From the NCBI GenBank assembly GCA_964019425.1, contig OZ025796.1, positions 1,054,001-1,118,000 on the forward strand: a stretch of DNA of 64,000 bases, written 5' to 3'. Numbering within the stretch: position 1 is the first letter of the stretch; each line of letters opens with the position of its first letter. This DNA is from Flectonema sp. DT1601. Taxonomy: Eukaryota. Positions 55,421 to 64,000 of this stretch are shown here, in pieces. The position numbers were made by a program, and so were the translations under genes. A model generated the notes under the pieces. It was not told where the DNA came from. It was given only the letters and a program-made list of their open reading frames with translations, and made no database searches.

Positions 55421-57981
55421 TTATTCACGTAGAAGATGGTTTGTTTGTCGCTGTTTGTTTACCAAATTAACAAAATTACAATATTCAGGTAGGCACCTGT
55501 ACCATTGTTTTAGCTCTGCTTGATGAAGCATCGAATGAACAAAGTTCAAACAAGATTCTCTCAGAAGCTCTCCATCAGACGGAATGCTTTTGAAGAAGTT
55601 TGAAGCCACAAAAACAACAGCAGCGGTTGACATTAAAAAAAGAGATTTGAAATCTTTAAGCAACCGAGCATAAGCAATTCGTTGCTTTGCATATGCCCTG
55701 CGAGACATCACATGTTGATAACTACAATCGTACGTATCAATTATTCGAGAACTGAAATACTTAATCGAGGATATAATTTTACGAAGAACAGTAAGTTCAG
55801 TTATTCTTTTGTTGGTGCAGTTTGACGGTTTTCCGATAAAAGTGATGTTTGAGATTTTTGGATGATCAACTTTCAATACATTTGTTAATAAGTTATTTAT
55901 TACTTCCAATACCGAATTAACAACATCCTCATCATCCAATGACGTTTTACTAAAACTTGGAATCCAACCACGGAGTTCATTAATAACAAATATTATGTCT
56001 GATTGGGAAGGCAAATCATTCGGATCATCGTCACGACGTTGATTCCTCAAAGAAAACACATCACCAGTACCTCCTGATTGAGTCACAGGAAACCCATCCC
56101 CTCGCTGATCAATAAGATAACACGTCTGACCAAACATATTAAGAGAGTTAACACATTCAGAGAACTCTCTTTGAAATAAATTCCACGGAGATAATTGACA
56201 TTCATACTGTAAGATGAATTGCTCTATCTTATCTTCCGTTGGGGTGGTTTCCAATCGAATACAACGTAAAGGGTTTTCTTTACACAATTGAAAAATAGCT
56301 AAAAAAATTGGAACCACCGCAGCCTCTGATAATAAATTAGGATGACAAGATCCATGAGCGATGTCATCTCTAATACGAACACCCTCTTTCCATACCCAGT
56401 GGTCGAATAGGATATTTAGAACACCTGTTTTGTTATTAAAAATAGTTTAGTTTAAAAAAGTTAATTATAATTACAAAACACACAAACCTGTTGGAACACA
56501 TTCACGGAAATATATACTTCCTAATATATCATCCAATACCAAAAACAGTTCATCAGATTCAGGACATTGCCAACTCTCATTATCATGACTGATTGCAGAG
56601 TAGAGAAGTCTCAGGGAAGACTCTGCGAGAGTAGTCACGAGAGTAGCTGCTTCATACCACTGATGAGTACTAATAAAATGAACAGCTTCAATCCATTGTT
56701 TCTCTCTCGATTGAAGGATCAAAGGACTGGTTTGAATTATTTCAGCAACTGAAGTTAAAAAATCAGAAATACAAAAGTCAGGTAGAAGTTTAATATCAAA
56801 TCTTTCAGACATCAGTCGGTGCCAAAGTTGGAAATTCAACAGCGGACCTCCGAGATGACTTCTTGCTCTGGCATCAGCCATTTCTAATGGAGAAACATAA
56901 CTACCGTCAACAGATGTTAAGAATGAAGTCGTGTGATGTCGAATTGGCATCAGTCTCGATGCCTTTCTTCGTTTTCGTTTTTTAGGAAGTTGATATCTCT
57001 CTTCAGTGTTGCAGCTCACTGTTAATTTATAAATAGAATCTGAGTATTGTTTTCTTAATAATATTTGACATCCTTCTGAAGTTCTCAATATTCTGAGTAG
57101 ATTCTGAAGAGGAATCACACCACTGTAAGCTGTAGGAACAAGATGACCAGTCGACTGTGACAAGGACAATAAAATAGAAAGCAATAACGATGTGTATGGT
57201 TTTTCCCATTCATGACTATTTACAAAATTATGCCAAGTCATGTTTCTCAACTGCAATCCACTCAGAGGACCAATCATAGCTCGCAGTATCATAATAACAT
57301 CACTTCCAAGACAAGACATTAATGAATCAGACTGAAGAACGTCAGTTATCTTTACATCTCTGACAGTGGCTGTGTCTCCTGTTTGATTTATTTTATTTTA
57401 ATTATTTTTTTTTTTTTTCAATCACAATTCTGAACTAACATACCCAATGAGAATACAACAATCTCACTCAACAACCTCTCAAAGTAACTCACCAACAGCA
57501 TAAATGTTAAGATGCTGTTAGTGTTTCCTGTGCTACCAAGACTGTCATTGTAAAGACTAAGTATTTTAGGAAGTATATCTGCAGGAAATATATTCGAACT
57601 GTTAGCATCAATCATCACTGCTGCCGGTATTAGTACTCCACGAGATTCACATGCTAAAGAACAAAGTTTAATATTTGAACAAATAGTTTCGTATTGCTGT
57701 CTTTCTCTAGTCGAAGGGGATCTCTTATAAACAACTGAGAGGTGAGATTGATTCTCGACGCATACTTTCCCAAGTGTGACCAGGTCAAGACATCCATTTG
57801 GACTCTTAAATAATTTTTTACCCAACTCCGATATATAACTTTGAGAAACCGATGTCCGTGTTGCTGCCAGTGAATATCTCGCAAATGATGTTGGCTGCTG
57901 ACCTTTTTCCTCATCAGAAATATCAACTTTCTCACAACCTTCTATTAAAGAGTCAACAATACGAAATCTATTAGAAGACAT
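55421..57981 (-). CDS. ERMARD (C6orf70/DUF4209)-like protein; introns 57379-57443 and 56425-56487
   Basis: Three ORFs join in frame. GPLSGLQLRNMTWHNF and EGVRIRDDIAHG resemble the ERMARD LRNxxWHGF and GPRxRDxxSHG motifs. Start (MSSNRF) and extreme 3' end uncertain. Confidence 0.75.
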
Positions 57982-58685
57982 CCAACCAGTACTGTTGACT
58001 GAATAGTTTGTAAACAATAATTAAGACTTAGTCAGGTCAGCTTACTTTATTGATCGCAGCCAACACACTGAGGTGCGTAATAACCAACCGACAGACTCAA
58101 TAGTTTGTTGTATTTTTTTTTTTTTTTTTTTTTGAAGAAGAAGAAGAAAAAAGACAACAAAAGGATGAAATCAAAAAACACAAAACTAGCAGGAAATGCA
58201 CAGCTTCAAGAAAGCCTTATTTCCTTTATCGTATCCGATGTATTGAAGCTGTGGAAGAGATACTTTATAAAGGCAATCATTGCTACTAGTCATCATCACC
58301 GTCACGGTCAAATACATAGGACTGCTGTTGTTTTCCTTTTTAAAGTATTGTTGTCTCGTGGCAATTTCCTAACCTTCAAATTGTATAATACAAAACATAA
58401 AAAAACAGTTTTATTGTTTCTCTTTAATATCACTTTTCCAGTAGTACTAAATCAAATGACTATAATACCACTATTAGTACTCAATCACTCTACTACATTA
58501 TTCAGGTAGCAGTAATCACCTGTTGAGGTGTAATGTCAACCTGATAAGGAGGACGTGTTAGTAGTAAAAGTGACTCAACATTATTATCAATAATACGATC
58601 ACATCGTAGGACACACCAGTCAGTCGATTGTAACTTTTGTTACTTTCGAACAGAAGTTCTGACAGCAGCCGTCAGCAGATAGAAC

Positions 58686-60569
58686 TCACTCTGTACTGGC
58701 CTCCGCTGGAACAGTTTCCCCAGCTTCAGTATCTTGTTGAGGGGGTTCACTAGCAGTGGGGAGTTCAGCTTCTGAATTACTAGCGGGAGGCTGCTTACTT
58801 ACTTCTGGATCGCCAGCAGCCTTCCTCGCCATCCTACCTCGCTGGAGTGCTTGAATTTTAGTAGCTGCGAGTTTTTCCTCCTCAGACTCCGTCTTTGCAA
58901 GTCCTTCGGGGGAGTTGCTGACATCTTCTTGCTGCGGTTCTGACTTCTCCCCCTCCGCCTCTTGGGATGCTTCCGCTTCCTTGGTTTCTACTTCTCCATT
59001 CGCGTCTGGCTCTCGTTTTGCTTCTGCTTCCCCGTTGGCTTCTTCCTGTTGACTACTCTCAGGGTTACCCTCAGGCTTATCTAGTTCGGGCTTTTCCTCA
59101 CTTTTTTGATTCGCCTCATCCAATTCTTTATCTGGATTTTGGTCTCCTTCTTTAGATTTGCTCTTCCTAGCGAGTCTACCTCTCTGTAGGGCCTGAATCT
59201 TAGTGGCGGCAGCTTCTTGTTCTGGGTCAAGAGTGAGACCTTCTGGTAACTCTTCCGTATCATCAACTGGTTGCTGTCTTCCGATAGGTTGCTCAACACC
59301 TTCTTTAACGCGATCTGCTCTTTCTCTGCCTAACTTCCCCCTCTGCAGGGCCTGAATCTTCGTAGCAGCGATGGCTTCTCTCGATAATTCTTCTTGGGCT
59401 TCCTGCTCTTCGTTGAGCTGCTTTCGGGTCATCCGTCCTCGCTGGATTTTCTGAATTTTGGTGGCAGCTTCTTGTTTCTCTTCCTCAGTAGGTTCTGTAG
59501 TGCGCTTCGGGTGGAGGAAGTGCTGAGTGTGTTCAGGAAGCGGGAATTTGAACTGAAGAATATATCCTTTTATAGCCACTACTGTTGGATGTTGAGGGCC
59601 GTATACTCGCTTATGGATTTCTAGCGCTCGGCCAAGGCACTCCTGAGCTTGAGCGTTGTCAGCAATCCAAACGTTGAAGAGTCCAAGAACTAATTCAGCT
59701 TTACCTGTTACTGGATGGACTTGAGTAAATCTTTCTGTTTGTAGTCCAACTATTCCTCTCATCATTTTTAAAGCGTCTTGTAAGTCTTCTTCTCCAAGTT
59801 GTTCAGGAGATAGTAGTGTGATTGGTTTTGGTTGAGTCCCAAATGGTTTACATTGAAAGGAATCTGTTAGGTGACGATACCAAATGTCTTTAACTTTATC
59901 ATAAAAAGACATCGCGCTGTCCATGTTACTCTTCGCAGCGAATACATTTCCCAAATCAAAATATCCAAATGATGTTTGAATATGTTCAGGACCATGTAAC
60001 TCTGACAAGTAGTAGGCTGCCTGAGCAAGTTGTTTTAAAGCTGTATCCAGTCTTCCATCAGATGCATACAGGAGTCCATATGTTTGATGTAATTCAGACT
60101 TAAGCGCCAAGTCACATGTTGGGTGTCGCAACATTGTCCATTGAGCTAATGATAAAAACTCTTCAGCTGCTTTAAACCGATCCATGTATTGATTAGTTCT
60201 CGCTAAGTGGAAATATGAAGGGACGAGTTGAAGGGATCCAGTGCCGTAGTACGTTTCTTTTAATTTTAATGTTTTTAAACCGCCTTGAATAGCTTCTTTA
60301 GAGTCTCCTTCAACGAGTAATCGTCTGCATGCTGACTGCGCCATCTCAAGTAGGCTTTCAATTGTCTCACCGACTTGTTCTGATTGTTGTCGTCTCTCAC
60401 AGGATGTATCTAATCCTGTTCGTGGAGCATTTCTTAAAGCGTTTAGTTCGTTAAATTTCATTTCGAGTGCCTGCCAGTCAACTGCTCCTAAATTTAAACT
60501 ATTCGGTTCAACGAGAGTAATACCATTCGGCTGACCAATAGATCCATCGAGTGAGTTCCCTCTCGTCAT
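58686..60569 (-). CDS. ZMYND12-like TPR protein (no MYND finger) with four C-terminal IQ motifs
   Basis: QLVPSYFHLA..AEEFLSLAQW..HGPEHIQTSFGYFDLGNVF TPR region; four AATKIQxxQRGxxxR motifs; start at MTRG inferred from the upstream pyrimidine-rich acceptor. Confidence 0.78.
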   Translation of the reverse strand: MTRGNSLDGSIGQPNGITLVEPNSLNLGAVDWQALEMKFNELNALRNAPRTGLDTSCERRQQSEQVGETIESLLEMAQSACRRLLVEGDSKEAIQGGLKTLKLKETYYGTGSLQLVPSYFHLARTNQYMDRFKAAEEFLSLAQWTMLRHPTCDLALKSELHQTYGLLYASDGRLDTALKQLAQAAYYLSELHGPEHIQTSFGYFDLGNVFAAKSNMDSAMSFYDKVKDIWYRHLTDSFQCKPFGTQPKPITLLSPEQLGEEDLQDALKMMRGIVGLQTERFTQVHPVTGKAELVLGLFNVWIADNAQAQECLGRALEIHKRVYGPQHPTVVAIKGYILQFKFPLPEHTQHFLHPKRTTEPTEEEKQEAATKIQKIQRGRMTRKQLNEEQEAQEELSREAIAATKIQALQRGKLGRERADRVKEGVEQPIGRQQPVDDTEELPEGLTLDPEQEAAATKIQALQRGRLARKSKSKEGDQNPDKELDEANQKSEEKPELDKPEGNPESSQQEEANGEAEAKREPDANGEVETKEAEASQEAEGEKSEPQQEDVSNSPEGLAKTESEEEKLAATKIQALQRGRMARKAAGDPEVSKQPPASNSEAELPTASEPPQQDTEAGETVPAEASTE

Positions 60570-61499
60570 AGTCTGAGACTGAGTGAGAGAATCTGATATG
60601 AAAGATAATAGATAAAAGTAATTCCTCAATCAGTGTTTCTAATATCAAGTCGTATCATAAATAGAAAAGAGGAAGGGCTCTGGGAAGGATTTATTTCATG
60701 TTGTTGTTGTTTTTAAGTTGAGCGGACTCGCCCTCGTTCGGCTACCCAAGGCATTGCCACATACGATGAATTGGCGTGCTGTATCTGGGTGATAATATTC
60801 TACTAAAAGGGAAAGGGAGAAGAAGGGGAATTGTTTTGATGACATAAATAACCCTGGCAGGCAATCACCTGCTATCTTAATAAAGTTATCAGTTCATAAA
60901 ACATATTTAGTATCTAAGTAGGGAAGGGAGGGACGACAACTAGAATTACGCCTTTGTCTTTCTTTCTGCATCACAGACTGAGGTACTCGATGAGCTGCAA
61001 CACAATAGTAGCGGCTTATGTATACAATCTCAGACTCCTTTTTTTTTTTTTGTTTTTTTGTTTTTATATAACTGTAATGAAAGGCGACAAAAACCGCCAT
61101 AATATCTAAAGGGGTCGGAGGGAAAATGTATTTTATCGCTGCAGGATAAGAACAAAATGAATTGCGATAAAACACTCTAACAGATTGACTGCTGTGGAAA
61201 TACAGCACACTTTGTTATTTCATTATTTTTTTTTCATTTTTTTCCCCTCTCCAACAAACTGATCATAGTATGTAGTAAGGGTATTGAAGGTGAAAGGGGG
61301 ACGATGGTCTCCCAAAAACTATTTTTGCTTCACCCTTTAAAAAGTATTTTAAAAAAGATCATCAAAACTGTTATCATTCAACAGAATATGAGAAGGAAAA
61401 AAAAAAGGGGGAGAAACAGAAACGAAGGCAAAAAAACTACCTCACAACTTGATACTCACACTGTATGCAATAATGTTAAGCTGTTTCGTGTCTTGTTTG

Positions 61500-64000
61500 C
61501 TATTTTCTCCTTCTTCTAGTTTGGATGACTGGGTTGCTTGCTTCAGACATTCGATACTTTGTACTTTGAGAAGACTGACTCATTCTCTTTGAGGATGTTT
61601 GTGACATTCCAACACTGGAGTCGTCACCACCAAAGATGTTAATTTCATCATCGGAATCATTTGACTCTTCCTGAGTGTCGTCGAAGATGTTTTGTTGAGT
61701 TGTTTGAGAGATTCGAACTGACTTCCCACTTCGCTGACTTGCACCGACTACAGAATCATTAGCTGTGCTTTTACTGGACTTTCTACGTTTTTGTGTGTTG
61801 CTCACCTCACTTTCATCAGGAGAAAAGTTAATACTCAAATCCTGAGAGAGGTCCGTTGTACTCTTTCTCGGTGTCGCATCCTCTTCAAAAGTCATCGACT
61901 GGTCAGCGAGTGATAAGCGAACTCTCTGTGTACCCGAGGGACTGGAAACAGTCTGTCGTTCAATTCTTTTTGATGTTTGGGACTGACTGTTATACGACTT
62001 CAGAGTGAACTTATCATCTTCAGAAGAAATACTTTCCTCTTCATCCTCAAGTAAGACCTGATTGACAGTTCTCTTCTTTAGAGAACTTGGTGGAGCTGAG
62101 CTCGTCTTTCCCTTTTCTTTTTGAGATGATGTGATCGTTGTTTTTCCTTTCTTCGCTGTTGGTGTCTTTACTCGTTTTTTCATTGGTTGGTCTTCCTCGT
62201 CTGATTCTTGTTCCGCTGCTGGTTTTACTTTAACTCTTCCTTTTGTACCGCCAGCAGTTTTTTTATTACTTTTCTTAGGAGCAGCATCTTGAGAATCAGG
62301 CAGAACCTCCCCAGCTCGTTTCATTAGCTGGCGGATGAATGCCAGAGCTGGTTCGGAATTTTCGTATTCCCGACTGCGGACAATTGTTAATAATCTTTTT
62401 GTGGCTGGAACAGATAAGAATCTGATGAATGGAATCACAGCATACAGTACAAAGTGGAAATCACGATTGTCAGCTGCCATGCTTTCAATTTTTGTTAATA
62501 ATTTAACAACCCCTTCTTTATTACTGCTGAAGGAATTACAAAGAGCTAGTCTTTTCGATAGTTCCAAAAGTACCTGTTCGCAGTCTTCTGCATCAGGAGA
62601 ATCGTCATCGTGGGCGATCTTCAGTCGATGATGTGCCAACTGGATTGCATCAACCTCGTGGGTCCAGGCAACGTCAAATATTGATAAGTGAGAATGAAGT
62701 GATTTGACTAAGTCTTGTCCTTTTTGATGAAGAAATGGCCATTTAATGTACAACTCAGCTACCCATCTATCGTTTAATAATCCTAAAGGTATTAGTCTGA
62801 TCATTCCCATTAGAAAACATTCTACTTCAGACTGTCGAAGTGTATTCTCAGCTTCTGTTATGACTTTGTCGTGGTGTGGGAAGTCAACAACAACTTCAGA
62901 GAATGTTGATACAAATAATCTCTGGACATCATCATCTGGTGGACTTAACAATTCACTACAACATCCGAGTGGCCATAATATTGAAAGGGACTTGAATACA
63001 ATTTTACGAATTTCGAGGGATGCCCTGTCGAGAAGTTCGTACATCGGCAATACGATTCCAAGGAAATCCTGTCTCAGATCAAAACTATCGTCGTTTAACG
63101 CGAGACTTCTGTGTGATCGTAAGACTAGTGAATCAGTTGATGAGGTTAGTATGTGAGAACATTCTTTGTGATTTTCAAGAGTCTCACTGTCACTGAAAGC
63201 TAACATTAATTGAGTCCATATCGTGTCAGTAATATCCATCCCGCAGTCTAATGCGATCGCAATTCTTAACCAAATCTTCTTCTTGCTGTTGGTGTTTGGA
63301 ATCGCCTTCTTCAGAGTAGTTACGACATCTGTCCAACTTTCTTCACACTTTTCTTGTAAATCGTGTTTTGATTTAATTAGGTGTCTGAATGCACATGTTC
63401 CTGCTGTGATTGTATCCTCATCAGTTGACTTTAAAACAACTTTCTGACAACACTCCAACAGCGTGTCCAACTTGTCTTCTTGTTTCTTACCTCCTCTACT
63501 CCAAGAGTCAGCAGAGAGTAGCTGAACCATCTGAAGAAGACATCTTTCACTTTGAGGATCAGCTAAAGTCTTAACGAGCATGTCAGTAATAAAAGTTGGA
63601 AGGTACTCTTCGAGTCTCTTTTTGATACTGACCCAGGAAGCATCGACTTCTTTACGTTTTGATTTAGGAGCGAGAGCTGGAGCATGGTCACCCGGAATTT
63701 TTAAATTCAACTTTCCCGATGCACGCTTCACAATAGCAAGTAGTAGCTGAAGTGCTGATTGAGTAATTGCGAGGTCTGAAGTGTCATCGTCATCAACTTG
63801 GAGAAGTTCTTTTGGATTATCTGAGAGAGCGATTTCTGCAATGCGATCGAAGTGTTTAAATTGTCTTTCAGCTCCGTGATAAGTGAGTGAGTCAACCATC
63901 GCATCCGCTGAAGCAGCAGACTCAGTTCCCTGCAACCAAATCAACATCAAATCCAATTGAGTGTGAGAACTCTCTTTTGGAGTTGGTTTAGTGTCTCCAC
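61500..64000 (-). CDS. 3' part of a large HEAT-like protein with basic/acidic disordered tail, possibly cohesin subunit SCC3/STAG (runs off the window)
   Basis: Frame open to the window end; LDTLLECCQKVVLKSTDEDTITAGTCAFRHL resembles the STAG middle region; diagnostic STAG domain not in window. Confidence 0.5.
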   Translation of the reverse strand, partial: GDTKPTPKESSHTQLDLMLIWLQGTESAASADAMVDSLTYHGAERQFKHFDRIAEIALSDNPKELLQVDDDDTSDLAITQSALQLLLAIVKRASGKLNLKIPGDHAPALAPKSKRKEVDASWVSIKKRLEEYLPTFITDMLVKTLADPQSERCLLQMVQLLSADSWSRGGKKQEDKLDTLLECCQKVVLKSTDEDTITAGTCAFRHLIKSKHDLQEKCEESWTDVVTTLKKAIPNTNSKKKIWLRIAIALDCGMDITDTIWTQLMLAFSDSETLENHKECSHILTSSTDSLVLRSHRSLALNDDSFDLRQDFLGIVLPMYELLDRASLEIRKIVFKSLSILWPLGCCSELLSPPDDDVQRLFVSTFSEVVVDFPHHDKVITEAENTLRQSEVECFLMGMIRLIPLGLLNDRWVAELYIKWPFLHQKGQDLVKSLHSHLSIFDVAWTHEVDAIQLAHHRLKIAHDDDSPDAEDCEQVLLELSKRLALCNSFSSNKEGVVKLLTKIESMAADNRDFHFVLYAVIPFIRFLSVPATKRLLTIVRSREYENSEPALAFIRQLMKRAGEVLPDSQDAAPKKSNKKTAGGTKGRVKVKPAAEQESDEEDQPMKKRVKTPTAKKGKTTITSSQKEKGKTSSAPPSSLKKRTVNQVLLEDEEESISSEDDKFTLKSYNSQSQTSKRIERQTVSSPSGTQRVRLSLADQSMTFEEDATPRKSTTDLSQDLSINFSPDESEVSNTQKRRKSSKSTANDSVVGASQRSGKSVRISQTTQQNIFDDTQEESNDSDDEINIFGGDDSSVGMSQTSSKRMSQSSQSTKYRMSEASNPVIQTRRRRK

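Noticed and set aside
58043..58052. tactttattg, SL-like 10-mer on + strand
   Set aside because: Too short and in the wrong orientation; expected by chance in AT-rich DNA.

Overview
AT-rich eukaryotic (not prokaryotic) DNA. All ~17 host protein genes lie head-to-tail on the minus strand, with short GT-AG introns and poly(A)/(T)-rich spacers. This layout and a spliced-leader (SL)-like sequence point to a euglenozoan, most likely a diplonemid (inference). Host genes include a PI4-kinase, NEK-like kinase, multi-EF-hand protein, TMEM131-like, PTGES2-like, RELCH-like, two cyclic-nucleotide-binding K+ channels, ERMARD-like, ZMYND12-like TPR/IQ and a probable SCC3/STAG 3' part. Highlights: (1) an intact non-LTR retrotransposon (ORF1 + APE-RT-RNase H-CCHC) that looks like a retro-copy of a trans-spliced mRNA, with an SL-like 5' end, poly(A) 3' end and 8-bp candidate TSD. 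It is inserted head-to-head immediately upstream of an intron-containing tRNA-Tyr gene, and ORF1/ORF2 are in frame, separated by a single TGA. (2) A 3.2-kb tandem array of 11 x 2 box C/D snoRNAs with recognisable rRNA guides, inside one intron of a coiled-coil gene. (3) Cis-intron acceptors are A-rich whereas gene-start (putative trans-splice) acceptors are pyrimidine-rich. Exon structures were inferred by eye, and family and reference-sequence assignments are from memory, not from searches.
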